Below, in pieces: positions 1 to 11,690 of a DNA stretch of 40,909 nucleotides. How positions within the stretch are numbered: the first letter of the stretch is position 1; the number at the start of each line of letters is the position of its first letter. Location of the stretch: positions 1-40,909 of the forward strand of contig JBIODE010000001.1 of NCBI GenBank assembly GCA_044440325.1, given 5' to 3'. The position numbers and the translations under genes were made by a program. The notes beneath the pieces were generated by a model. The model did no database searches. It was not told the DNA's origin and saw only the letters and a program-made list of their open reading frames with translations. The DNA is from Steroidobacterales bacterium (GTDB taxonomy: Bacteria; Pseudomonadota; Gammaproteobacteria; Steroidobacterales; Steroidobacteraceae).

Positions 1-1797
1 ACCGCCAGCGAGGCGGCAGCTGCCGGCGAGGCGGCAAATTCGGAAGCCGCTGCGGGCACGCTCGCGGCACACGTGCAGGGTCCGCCCGCCGTACTCGCGA
101 TGCTCACGAATGTGCGCGTGAGCGATTCACTCGGCGCGGCACTGCGCGCGCGCCGCGGCCTGCCGGCCGGTCACTCGATCATCACCGCCGCGGGCGAGTG
201 GCTCGGGCGCGACTGGCTGCGCGTCAGCCGCGGGGGTGACCCGCATGCGGGTGTGATCGAACGCGAGCATCGTCTCAAAGCTTTACGCTCAGTCGGAGCC
301 GCCACGGACGAGCGCGTGCGGCAGCTCGAGCAGGAGATCGTGGCGCTGCGCGCGCAGTTGAGCGCCGCCGAGCAGCATCGCGACGCCACGCAGGCGCAGA
401 TTCAGCAGGCGCATCGCCGCCATACCGAACTGCGTGGTCAACTCGAGGCGCTCAAGGCTCGGTTCGAGGAAGCCGGCCTGCGCCGTGCCCGCATCGGCAC
501 CGAATACGAGGCGGTCGAGCAGGATGTCCGTCAGGCGCAGGAGAGTCTGACGCGGGCGAGGCAGGCGCACGACCTTGCGGTCGACACGCTGGGCCGGCTC
601 GATGAACAGCGGCTGGAGCTGGAAGGAGAGCGCGAGCTGCGGCGCGAGACGGCGGCCAGCGCGCGCGCGCAGGCGCAGGATGCGCAGCTGCAGATGCGCG
701 ATGCGCTGGTGCGCAGCGAGAGCCGGCGTTCGGCGCAGGGATCAATGCAGAGCGCACTGGCGCGCATGCTCGAGCAGCGCACGCAGCTGCACGCACGCCG
801 CGAAGGCCTCGAGCAGGAGCTTGCCGGCGGCGACGCGCCGATCGCCGAGCTCGAGACGCGGCTGCAGGAGCATCTGGGACGACGGCTCGAAGTTGAAGTG
901 GAGCTGTCGACCGCAAGGCGCACGCTCGAAGATTGCGATAACGAGTTGCGCGCACTGGAGCTGCGACGCGCGGATGCCGAGCAGCGAGTCGCGAGTGCAC
1001 GCGATGCCATGGAGCAGGCGCACCTGGCTGCGCAGGAGTCGCGTCTGCGCCGCGAAGCGCTGCTCGAGCAGTTCAGCGCCACGCGCTGTGACCTGGCGAC
1101 GGTGAGCGCCAATCTGGACGCCGAAGCGCAGATCGAGCCGTGGGAGCAACGCCTGGGGCAGGTGCGCGCGGACATCGAGAAGCTTGGCCAGGTCAATCTG
1201 GCGGCGATCGATGAGCTGGCGGAACAGACTGAGCGCAAGTCTTATCTGGATCGTCAGTTCACCGACGTCAACGATGCGCTCAATACCCTCGAACAGGCCA
1301 TGCGCAGGATCGACCGCGAGACGCGCAGCCGTTTCGAGGACACCTTCAACCGCATCAATGCCGGGCTCAAGGACAAGTTTCCGCGTCTCTTCGGTGGCGG
1401 GCATGCCTATCTGGAGCTGGTCGGCGAGGATGCGCTCGAGGCCGGCGTGGCAGTGATGGCGCGGCCGCCGGGCAAGCGCAACAGCACCATCTCGCAGCTC
1501 TCGGGCGGTGAAAAAGCGCTGACCGCGGTTGCGCTGGTGTTCTCGATCTTCGATCTCAATCCCGCGCCCTTCTGCCTGCTCGACGAAGTCGATGCCCCGC
1601 TCGATGAACACAATGTCGGGCGCTTCTGCGACATCGTGCGCGAAATGTCATCGCGCGTGCAGTTCATCTTCATTACGCACAATAAGCTTACGATGGAGCT
1701 GGCCTCGCAATTGGTCGGAGTCACGATGAATGAGCCGGGCGTATCGCGGTTGGTCGCGGTCGACATCGACGAAGCCGTGCGCCTCGCGGCTGTCTGA
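1..1797 (+). CDS. smc: Chromosome segregation protein SMC, C-terminal part (5' end lies outside the window)
   Basis: The frame is open from nt 1. It encodes a long Q/E/R/L-rich coiled coil, then the SMC C-terminal ATPase head with signature LSGGEKALTAVALVFSIF and Walker B FCLLDEVDAPLD. It is followed by zipA-ligA, the usual synteny. Confidence 0.95.
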   Translation, partial: TASEAAAAGEAANSEAAAGTLAAHVQGPPAVLAMLTNVRVSDSLGAALRARRGLPAGHSIITAAGEWLGRDWLRVSRGGDPHAGVIEREHRLKALRSVGAATDERVRQLEQEIVALRAQLSAAEQHRDATQAQIQQAHRRHTELRGQLEALKARFEEAGLRRARIGTEYEAVEQDVRQAQESLTRARQAHDLAVDTLGRLDEQRLELEGERELRRETAASARAQAQDAQLQMRDALVRSESRRSAQGSMQSALARMLEQRTQLHARREGLEQELAGGDAPIAELETRLQEHLGRRLEVEVELSTARRTLEDCDNELRALELRRADAEQRVASARDAMEQAHLAAQESRLRREALLEQFSATRCDLATVSANLDAEAQIEPWEQRLGQVRADIEKLGQVNLAAIDELAEQTERKSYLDRQFTDVNDALNTLEQAMRRIDRETRSRFEDTFNRINAGLKDKFPRLFGGGHAYLELVGEDALEAGVAVMARPPGKRNSTISQLSGGEKALTAVALVFSIFDLNPAPFCLLDEVDAPLDEHNVGRFCDIVREMSSRVQFIFITHNKLTMELASQLVGVTMNEPGVSRLVAVDIDEAVRLAAV

Positions 1798-1803
1798 GGG
1801 ACC

Positions 1804-4637
<2,834 letters not shown>

Positions 4638-4656
4638 AAATCGCGCCGCCCCTGCG

Positions 4657-5517
4657 TTAGAGATTTTTCTCGACCATTGCGCTCTTGAGCAGATCGTCGG
4701 TGTAGCTCTTGAACTTCTTCTGTTCCACGATCTGCACGACGCGGTCCTTGACCTGATCGAACGGCGGCACGGGCGTCTCGCGCGTGTCGTCGAGGCGGAT
4801 GACGTGCCAACCGAACTGCGACTGCACCGGGGCCTGCGTGTACTCACCCTTCTTGAGCGCCACGACGGCATCGGCGAACGGCTTGACCATGTTCGAGGGA
4901 GAAAACCAACCCAGGTCGCCGCCCTGATCCTTGGACGAGTCGATCGAATCCTTCTTGGCCAGATCCTCGAACTTGGCGCCTTTCTTGAGCTGCTCGATGA
5001 TGCTCTTGGCCTTGGCCTCATCCGTGGCCGCAACCAGGATATGGCGGGCGTGGTACTGCGTCTTCGGCATCGCAGCAACCTGTGCGTCATACTCGGCCTT
5101 GGTTTCGGCGTCGGTGGGTTTCTTGTCCTTGAGGTAGTGCTCGACATCGGCCTGCTCGAGGATCTGAATGCGCGCGAGGTCGAGCTGCGAGGCTGTCTCG
5201 GTAGCCTTGTCGACACCGTCCTTCATGGCCTGCTGGGCCACCAGCTCGCCGCGAATGAGGTTATCCAGCAGCTGCGTGCGCTGCTCGGCGGTCAACTCCG
5301 ACGAGGCCTTGTTGGTCGTCGACTTGACATAGTAGTCGTACATCTCCCGACTGATCGGCGTGCCGTTGACGGTGGCCACCGGCTTCTCCGCGGGGGCGGC
5401 GGGCGGGGCGCTCGTGGATGCGCTGTTGCTCGCGCGATTGCAGGCGGTCACGGCAAGGAGCAGCAACAGCGGCGAAAACTTAATTAAGTTCATCTTATTT
5501 CTCATGTGGTTACGCAT
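4657..5517 (-). CDS. PpiC/parvulin-type peptidyl-prolyl cis-trans isomerase, predicted lipoprotein
   Basis: Parvulin rotamase block (YHARHILV...GGDLGWFSPSNMVKPFADAV...SQFGWHVIRL). Signal peptide with lipobox LLLLAVTAC after MNLIKF. In-frame ATGs occur at 5517, 5505 and 5493, so the start is uncertain within 24 nt. The ORF-track extension to 5703 overlaps bolA and I reject it. Confidence 0.85.
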   Translation of the reverse strand: MRNHMRNKMNLIKFSPLLLLLAVTACNRASNSASTSAPPAAPAEKPVATVNGTPISREMYDYYVKSTTNKASSELTAEQRTQLLDNLIRGELVAQQAMKDGVDKATETASQLDLARIQILEQADVEHYLKDKKPTDAETKAEYDAQVAAMPKTQYHARHILVAATDEAKAKSIIEQLKKGAKFEDLAKKDSIDSSKDQGGDLGWFSPSNMVKPFADAVVALKKGEYTQAPVQSQFGWHVIRLDDTRETPVPPFDQVKDRVVQIVEQKKFKSYTDDLLKSAMVEKNL

Positions 5518-5518
5518 A

Positions 5519-5836
5519 TTAGTTAAAAACTTCCTCCGGAGTGAACGTCTGCAGCGACAGCGCATGCACCTCGGCTGCAAACAGCGGTGCCAGCAGCTCG
5601 TGCACCAGCCGGTGACGAGCCAGCGATTTGAGTCCGCGAAAATCGATGGACACAACTCGCACGCGAAAGTGCCCGCCGCGGCCGGCGCCGGCGTGCCCGA
5701 CATGCGCCGCGCTGTCGTCGTGGATCTCGAGCTGCTGCAGCGTCAAGCGCGCCCGCAACAATCGGTCAATGCGGGTTGCCGTATCGGCGGCGGCCAGGGG
5801 CGTGCCGGCGCCGGCTGGCTCGAGTGCGCTCGTCAC
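5519..5836 (-). CDS. BolA family protein
   Basis: BolA-type C-terminal block (LEIHDDSAAHVGHAG...HFRVRVVS..F.G...ARHRLVHELL....VHALSLQTFTPEE). There is no in-frame ATG before the domain. An in-frame GTG at 5836 overlaps the yciB stop (GTGA) and gives 105 aa. Confidence 0.8.
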   Translation of the reverse strand: MTSALEPAGAGTPLAAADTATRIDRLLRARLTLQQLEIHDDSAAHVGHAGAGRGGHFRVRVVSIDFRGLKSLARHRLVHELLAPLFAAEVHALSLQTFTPEEVFN

Positions 5837-6390
5837 TTCACGCCCGCCTCGACGGGCTCGACCCGCGCGCTCAGCCACAGAGCCTGCACGATCGCGAAGA
5901 CGGCAAACGCGGCGGTCAGGCCGAACACCTTGAAATTGACCCAGGCGCGCTCGCTCGCCGCGCGCGCGATCCAGAGATTGACCCCGCCCAGGACTGCGTA
6001 GAACAGCACCCACAGCGAATTCAACTGCAACCAGATGCGCCGCGGCAGCGCAGCGCTGTCATCGACCATCGGTTGGAGCAGACGCTGTGCCAGCGGGGTA
6101 CGGCCGACCCACGCGCTTGCCAGCGCGGCGAGCGCCAGCAGCCACAGGAAGATGGTCGGTTTCCACTTCAGAAAGCGTGCATCGCGCATAATCAGCGTCG
6201 CCGCCCCGAGCACCAGCACCAGCGCCGCGCTGAGCACGTGCATGGGCGGCAGGCGCCGCAGCCGCAGCCAATCAACCGCCAGCAACAACACCATGGCCGC
6301 CATCAATACTGCGGTCGCGACGTAGATGCCGCCCAGATAGTAAGCCGCGAGAAACGCCGCGAGCGGCGCGAGGTCCAATAAGGCTTGCAT
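5833..6390 (-). CDS. yciB: Intracellular septation protein A (YciB/IspZ)
   Basis: About 185 aa, polytopic. The N-terminus MQALLDLAPLAAFLAAYY... and the FLKWKPT block are typical of YciB. Start chosen at the second ATG (6390); an alternative is at 6408. Confidence 0.85.
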   Translation of the reverse strand: MQALLDLAPLAAFLAAYYLGGIYVATAVLMAAMVLLLAVDWLRLRRLPPMHVLSAALVLVLGAATLIMRDARFLKWKPTIFLWLLALAALASAWVGRTPLAQRLLQPMVDDSAALPRRIWLQLNSLWVLFYAVLGGVNLWIARAASERAWVNFKVFGLTAAFAVFAIVQALWLSARVEPVEAGVK

Positions 6391-6460
6391 GGAGTCATTT
6401 ATATGCAATGAGGCCGGCTATCATATCGGAACTGCCCGCCGCGTCCTATGAGCCGCCCCG

Positions 6461-7159
6461 TTGAGTCAATATTTTGAACTGCACCCGCGCAATCCACAGC
6501 TGCGCCTGATTCGTCGGGCGGCCGAGATCATCCGCGCGGGCGGCGTAATCGCCTATCCAACCGATTCCTGCTACGCACTGGGCTGTCAAATCGGCGATGT
6601 GCAGGCGCTCGAGCGCGTGCGCAGTATCCGCGGCGCCGACAAGAATCATCACTTTACGCTGGTGTGCCGGGATTTGAGCGAGATCGGGCGCTTCGCGCGC
6701 GTGGACACCTGGCAGTTTCGCCTGCTCAAGGCCGCCACCCCCGGCGCCTTCACGTTTCTGCTGCCGGCCACGCGCGAGACACCACGGCGGCTGCAGCATC
6801 CCAAGCGCCGCACGATCGGCATCCGCGTGCCCGACCACATCGTTCCGCAGATGCTGCTCGCCGAGCTCGGCGAGCCGTTGATGAGCTCGACCTTGCTGCT
6901 GCCGGGGGAGCAGCTGCCGCTGACCGACGGTGCCGAGATCCGAGCGCGGCTCGAGCATCAGCTCGACGCGATTCTCGATGGCGGGCACTGCGGGATCGAG
7001 CCGACGACCGTGGTCGACCTCGCCGTCTCGCCACCGCTGGTGCTGCGCCAGGGGCGGGGACGGCTCGCCGGAGGCGAGTGGGAAGTCCTCGAGCACACAC
7101 CGTATAATCCCCGGACCTTCACTTCAGGCCGCGCACGCGGGAACAATTACAAGGAATGA
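6461..7159 (+). CDS. yciO: YrdC/Sua5-family protein, YciO-type (threonylcarbamoyl-AMP synthase-like)
   Basis: Close resemblance along most of its length to E. coli YciO as I recall it (MSQ.F..HP.NPQ.RLI..A.EI.R.GGVI.YPTDS.YALGC.I......ER...IR......H.FTL.CRDLSE). It carries about 25 extra C-terminal residues and overlaps the trpS start (ATGA). Confidence 0.85.
   Translation: MSQYFELHPRNPQLRLIRRAAEIIRAGGVIAYPTDSCYALGCQIGDVQALERVRSIRGADKNHHFTLVCRDLSEIGRFARVDTWQFRLLKAATPGAFTFLLPATRETPRRLQHPKRRTIGIRVPDHIVPQMLLAELGEPLMSSTLLLPGEQLPLTDGAEIRARLEHQLDAILDGGHCGIEPTTVVDLAVSPPLVLRQGRGRLAGGEWEVLEHTPYNPRTFTSGRARGNNYKE
7103..7108 (+). promoter_or_regulatory. Candidate -10 element (perfect TATAAT) for trpS inside the 3' end of yciO
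   Basis: TATAAT lies 48 nt upstream of the trpS ATG. The only -35 candidate is weak (TGGGAA with an 18-nt spacer). Confidence 0.25.
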
Positions 7160-8370
7160 GCGCCGCTCCACAAGGTAAGCGTGTGCTGTCTGGCATGCGT
7201 CCTACCGGCCAGCTGCATCTGGGCAACTATCACGGCGCGCTCCGCAACTGGATCGAGTTGCAGTACCAGTACGAGTGCTACTTTTTCATCGCCGACTGGC
7301 ACGCGCTGACGACCGGCTACGCAGACACCAGCGGTCTGCCGTCTGCGGTCCACGAGGTGCTGATCGACTGGCTGGCCGCGGGCTTGAACCCGGGGGTCTC
7401 CACGATCTTCGTGCAATCGTATGTTCCCGAGCATGCCGAGCTGCACTTGCTGCTGTCGATGATCACGCCGCTGAGCTGGCTCGAGCGTGTGCCAACCTAC
7501 AAGGATCAGCAGGAGCAGCTCAAGGAGCAGGATCTGGCGACCTATGGGTTCCTCGGCTACCCGTTGCTGCAAAGCGCCGACATCCTGCTATATCGCCCCG
7601 CCTTCGTCCCGGTGGGCGAGGACCAGGTCGCGCACGTGGAAATCACGCGCGAGATCGCGCGTCGCTTCAATCACTTCTACGGGCGCCAGCCCGACTTTGA
7701 GCAGAAAGCCGAGCGGGCCATCAAGGAGCTCGGCGGACGCAACATCACCAATTATCGGGCGCTTCGGCGCCGCTTCCAGGAGAGCGGGGATCAGGCTGCC
7801 CTCGAGCGCGCACGCGCGCTGGTGGAGAGCAATACGCGTATCACGGTCGCCGATCGCGAGCGGCTGCTCGGCTACCTCGAAGGCTCATACGTGAGTATTC
7901 TGCCCGAGCCGCAGGTGCTGCTCACCGCGACACCCCGGGTGCCGGGTCTGGACGGCCGCAAGATGTCCAAATCCTACGGCAACACGATCTCGCTGCGCGA
8001 AGACCCGGATGCCGCGGCGGCCAAGCTCAAGACCATGCAGACCGATCCGGCGCGCGTGCGGCGCACGGATCCGGGCGATCCGGAGAAGTGTCCGGTCTGG
8101 GATCTGCACAAGATCTATTCCGACGAGACCACGCGTGCCTGGGTGAATGAAGGCTGCCGCAGCGCCGGGATCGGCTGTCTGGATTGCAAGAAGCCGCTCA
8201 TCGAACGGATCGTCGACGAGGTCAACGGCATGCGCAGACGCGCCCAGGAATTTCAGGACAATCCAGAGCTGGTGGTCAACCTGGTGGCCGAAGGCTGCGA
8301 GAAAGCGCGCTCGATTGCCCGCGACACCCTCGAGGACGTCCGCCGGGCGATGCATTTGCGTCCGCAATGA
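7156..8370 (+). CDS. trpS: Tryptophan--tRNA ligase (long form, about 400 aa)
   Basis: Class I aaRS motifs: HIGH-like TGQLHLGNYHGAL and KMSKS (GRKMSKSYGN). TrpRS-type N-terminus SGMRPTG. AAGGA Shine-Dalgarno 5 nt upstream. Confidence 0.95.
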   Translation: MSAAPQGKRVLSGMRPTGQLHLGNYHGALRNWIELQYQYECYFFIADWHALTTGYADTSGLPSAVHEVLIDWLAAGLNPGVSTIFVQSYVPEHAELHLLLSMITPLSWLERVPTYKDQQEQLKEQDLATYGFLGYPLLQSADILLYRPAFVPVGEDQVAHVEITREIARRFNHFYGRQPDFEQKAERAIKELGGRNITNYRALRRRFQESGDQAALERARALVESNTRITVADRERLLGYLEGSYVSILPEPQVLLTATPRVPGLDGRKMSKSYGNTISLREDPDAAAAKLKTMQTDPARVRRTDPGDPEKCPVWDLHKIYSDETTRAWVNEGCRSAGIGCLDCKKPLIERIVDEVNGMRRRAQEFQDNPELVVNLVAEGCEKARSIARDTLEDVRRAMHLRPQ

Positions 8371-8384
8371 TTTAAAAGGGGCCG

Positions 8385-9296
8385 ATGAAACCCGAGCTCA
8401 AGATCGTCGTCTCCAATCCGCCCGCGCCGCTCGGGTTGCCGGCGACGGCCGCGCCCGAGCAGGTCGAGATGCCCTTCGCCATGATCAACGGCGAGCCGAT
8501 CACCGAGCTGCCGCGCGATCTGTACATCCCGCCGCAGGCGCTCGAGGTCTTTCTCGAGGCATTCGAAGGTCCGCTCGACCTGCTGCTGTATCTGATCCGG
8601 CGCCAGAACCTTGACATCCTCGACATTCCGATTGCCGAGATCACGCGTCAGTACACCCAGTACATCGAGCTGATGCAGGACCTGCAACTCGAGCTCGCCG
8701 GCGAGTACCTGGTCATGGCCGCAACGCTGGCCGAAATCAAATCACGCATGCTGCTGCCGCGCTCGGCCGATGCCGCCGACGGCAGCGAGGACGACCCGCG
8801 CGCCGAGCTGGTCCGCCGGCTGCAGGAATACGAACGTTTCAAACGCGCCGCGCTCGACATCGACCTGCTGCCGCGACTCGAGCGCGATGTCTGGCAGGCG
8901 AGTGTCGATTGCAGCGACCGGACGGCCGCGCGTACGCTGCCGCAAATCACGCTGCAGGAGATGCTGCTCGCGTTCAAGGAAGTGGCGCAGCGCGCCGCGA
9001 TGTTCGCGCACCATCACGTGCGCCGCGAGCCGCTGTCGGTGCGCGAGCGCATGAGCAATATCCTGGCAGCGCTCGAACACGGCAGCTTCCTCGAGTTCTC
9101 GCAGCTGTTCACGCCGCAGGAAGGGCGCGCCGGCGTGACCGTCAGCTTCATCGCCATCCTCGAACTCATGCGCGAGGGGCTGATCGAGATCACGCAGACC
9201 GAAGCCTACGCACCGCTGCACGTGCGCGCGGCCTCGGCGGCTCGTACACTGCGCCTGGTCACCGACCCGGTCACTGACAATGGACCCACACCATGA
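8385..9296 (+). CDS. scpA: Segregation and condensation protein A (kleisin ScpA)
   Basis: ScpA N-terminal block FEGPLDLLLYLIRRQNLDILDIPIAEITRQY. Followed by scpB with an ATGA overlap. Confidence 0.92.
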   Translation: MKPELKIVVSNPPAPLGLPATAAPEQVEMPFAMINGEPITELPRDLYIPPQALEVFLEAFEGPLDLLLYLIRRQNLDILDIPIAEITRQYTQYIELMQDLQLELAGEYLVMAATLAEIKSRMLLPRSADAADGSEDDPRAELVRRLQEYERFKRAALDIDLLPRLERDVWQASVDCSDRTAARTLPQITLQEMLLAFKEVAQRAAMFAHHHVRREPLSVRERMSNILAALEHGSFLEFSQLFTPQEGRAGVTVSFIAILELMREGLIEITQTEAYAPLHVRAASAARTLRLVTDPVTDNGPTP

Positions 9297-10078
9297 GCGA
9301 GCCGGAATTGGACCATCCGATCACGCAGGCGATCAAGCCCATCGTCGAGGCGGGGCTGTTCGCCGCCGGCAAATCGCTGACATTGCCGGAGATCGCGCAG
9401 CTGTTCGACGAGGCGCAACGGCCGCCGGCCGTGGCAATTCGCGCGGCGCTCGAGGCGCTCGCGCACGAATTGGAGGGTCGCCCGATCGAATTGAAGGAAA
9501 CGGGCGGCGGCTTCCGCGTGCAAGTGCGGCGCGAGTATGCGCCGGCCGTGGCACGGCTGTGGCCCGAGCGCCCGCAGCGCTACTCGCGCGCACTGCTCGA
9601 GACACTGGCGCTGATCGCCTATCGCCAGCCGATTACCCGCGCTGAGATCGAGGCGGTGCGTGGCGTGGCCGTCAATCCCAATATCGTCAAGACGTTGCTC
9701 GAGCGCTGCTGGATCCGCGTGGTCGGCTATCGAGATTTGCCGGGGCGACCGGAGCTGCTCGGTACCACGCGCGATTTCCTCGAATACTTCGGCCTCAGGA
9801 GCCTGGACGAGCTGCCCGCGCTCGAGCAATTGCGTGCGCTCAGCGAACTCGACCCGCAGCTGCGCCTGCCGGTCGCGGACGAGGCGGCAACGGCCGACAA
9901 TGTCCCGGCCGACGCCGAGGCTGACACCGCCGCCGGCGATGACCGCGCGGCCAACGACGGCACCGCGGCCGGTCCGCTCGATGATGACCCGAGCGACACA
10001 GAAGACTCTTCGCAGGCCTCGGCCGAAGCCCCGCGCAGTCCCAGTCTGGTCGCGGCACCGCCGAGCGAGCGCGAATAG
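9293..10078 (+). CDS. scpB: Segregation and condensation protein B (ScpB) with an acidic C-terminal tail
   Basis: ScpB winged-helix blocks (ALLETLALIAYRQPITRAEIEAVRGV, GRPELLGTTRDFLEYFGL.SLDELP). The last 70 aa or so are D/A/E-rich low complexity. Confidence 0.92.
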   Translation: MSEPELDHPITQAIKPIVEAGLFAAGKSLTLPEIAQLFDEAQRPPAVAIRAALEALAHELEGRPIELKETGGGFRVQVRREYAPAVARLWPERPQRYSRALLETLALIAYRQPITRAEIEAVRGVAVNPNIVKTLLERCWIRVVGYRDLPGRPELLGTTRDFLEYFGLRSLDELPALEQLRALSELDPQLRLPVADEAATADNVPADAEADTAAGDDRAANDGTAAGPLDDDPSDTEDSSQASAEAPRSPSLVAAPPSERE

Positions 10079-10110
10079 CCCCGCCGCGGCTGCAAATCGC
10101 CCCACCGATC

Positions 10111-10926
10111 ATGGACGCCGCGCACTCCGCCGAGCGCCTGCAGAAGGTGCTCTCACAGCTCGGCTTGGCCTCGCGCCGCGAAGCCGAAGCCTGGATCCGC
10201 GCCGGACGCCTGAGCGTCAACGGCCGGCCCGCCGTGCTCGGCATGCGGGTGGGACCGAAGGATCAACTCAGGCTCGACGGCCGCCCGATCCGCCAGAGGC
10301 CGGGCGGTCCAATCGGCACGGTATTTCTCTGCCACCGCTCACCGGGCGCACCGCTGCAGTTGACCGGCCTCAGCCCCGGCGCCAGCGCCGATCTCGACGC
10401 CGGCAGCAGCATCGCCGCTCGCTTGCCGAGGCGGGCAGGCCGGCGCTTCATCAGCATCAGCCCCATGCCGCGGCCCGATGGTGGACTGGAGCTGCTGACC
10501 GCCGACGGCGCCCTCGGGGCGCGACTGCAGCGCGTCGTGCACACGGCGGAGGCGGAGTTTAATCTGCGCGTGCGCGGCGAACTCACACCGCTCCAGGAGG
10601 AGGGCATACGCGGCGGTGAGCTGGACCGCGGCGCCCGACTGCCGGTCACGGCGCTCGAAGCCTGTGGCGGTGAGGGCAGCAATCGCTGGTACCGATTGAT
10701 CGTCACCGGAGCGAGCGGCAACGAAGTGCGCCAGCTGTTCGAGCGACAGGCGGTTACCGTGGTGCGTGTGCTGCGTACGCGGCTCGGTACGTTGAGTCTG
10801 CCGCGGGAGTTGTCCCGCGGCCGCTGGCGCGAGCTGCAGCCCGAGGAGGTCGATGCCTTCCTGGCGGGGCGCGCACCACGCGCGCGCGCCGCTCAACACC
10901 AGGCGGATCGAGACAGCGAGGACTGA
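10111..10926 (+). CDS. RsuA/RluB-family pseudouridine synthase homolog with an S4 domain; catalytic GRLD motif not present
   Basis: S4 domain (ERLQKVLSQLGLASRREAEAWIRAGRLSVNGR) and C-terminal family blocks (GGEGSNRWYRLIVTGASGNEVRQLFE, RVLRTRLGTLSLP) in the conserved scpA-scpB-rluB position. The motif II region reads RFISISPMPRPDGGLELLTADG instead of ..VGRLD..T.GLLL.T.DG. See findings. Confidence 0.75.
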   Translation: MDAAHSAERLQKVLSQLGLASRREAEAWIRAGRLSVNGRPAVLGMRVGPKDQLRLDGRPIRQRPGGPIGTVFLCHRSPGAPLQLTGLSPGASADLDAGSSIAARLPRRAGRRFISISPMPRPDGGLELLTADGALGARLQRVVHTAEAEFNLRVRGELTPLQEEGIRGGELDRGARLPVTALEACGGEGSNRWYRLIVTGASGNEVRQLFERQAVTVVRVLRTRLGTLSLPRELSRGRWRELQPEEVDAFLAGRAPRARAAQHQADRDSED

Positions 10927-11684
10927 TTGTCCAGGCGACGGCCGGTCACGCCGCGGCTGTCCGGTCCCAGGAGCCACAGATACGGCTCGATGAGCCGTTC
11001 GGGCGGCGGCAATCCGCTCATGTCCTCGGCCGGAAAGGCCTCGCGCCGCAGGCGCGTGAGCGCGGTGCCGGGATCGACCGTATTGACCCGCACCGCCGTC
11101 GTGCCGGCGAGCTCCGCAGCCAATACCTGGCTCAAGCCCTCGAGCCCGAACTTCGAGACCGCATAGGCGCCCCAATAGGCCGCGCCGAGATGGCCGACCT
11201 CGCAGCTGGTGAAAATCACCGAGGCGTCGGCCGAGGCGCGCAGCAGCGGCAGCAGCACCTGTGTCAATGCAAATGCGGCTGTCAGATTGACATGCAGCAC
11301 CCGGCACCAGGTCGGCACGTCGTAGTGCTCAACCGGCGCGAGCCGACCGAGCACCGCCGCGTTGTGGACTAGGCCGTCGAGGCGCCCGTAGCGCTGCGTG
11401 ATTGCCGCTGCGAGCGCGTCGTAGTTCCGCGCCAGTGCGTTTTCCAGATCGAGCACGGCGATCGAGGCCTCGACGCGGCGCAGCTGCGCGATGCTCTCGT
11501 GCACCGCCTCGAGCTTGCGCACGTTGCGGCCGATGAGAATCACCTCGGCGCCGCGTTCTGCTGCGGCCAGTGCCACGGCGCGGCCGATGCCCTCGCCAGC
11601 GCCGGTCAGCGCGATGACGCGCCCGCGCAGTGCGTCACCGGCGGCGGTCTGCTCGCTCATGGGCCGCGCTTCATCCATTGTCAT
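10893..11684 (-). CDS. yciK: SDR-family oxidoreductase, YciK-type
   Basis: Rossmann motif TGAGEGIGR and catalytic YxxxK (WGAYAVSK). YciK-like blocks LDGLVHNAA.LG and PYLWLLGPDSRGVTG. Its 3' end overlaps the rluB-like 3' end by 34 nt. Confidence 0.85.
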   Translation of the reverse strand: MTMDEARPMSEQTAAGDALRGRVIALTGAGEGIGRAVALAAAERGAEVILIGRNVRKLEAVHESIAQLRRVEASIAVLDLENALARNYDALAAAITQRYGRLDGLVHNAAVLGRLAPVEHYDVPTWCRVLHVNLTAAFALTQVLLPLLRASADASVIFTSCEVGHLGAAYWGAYAVSKFGLEGLSQVLAAELAGTTAVRVNTVDPGTALTRLRREAFPAEDMSGLPPPERLIEPYLWLLGPDSRGVTGRRLDNQSSLSRSAWC

Positions 11685-11690
11685 GCATCG

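Noticed and set aside
5518-5703. A 62-aa N-terminal extension of the PPIase ORF.
   Set aside because: It overlaps the bolA-like gene and is Cys/Arg-rich. The signal peptide and lipobox begin only after the ATG cluster at 5493-5517.
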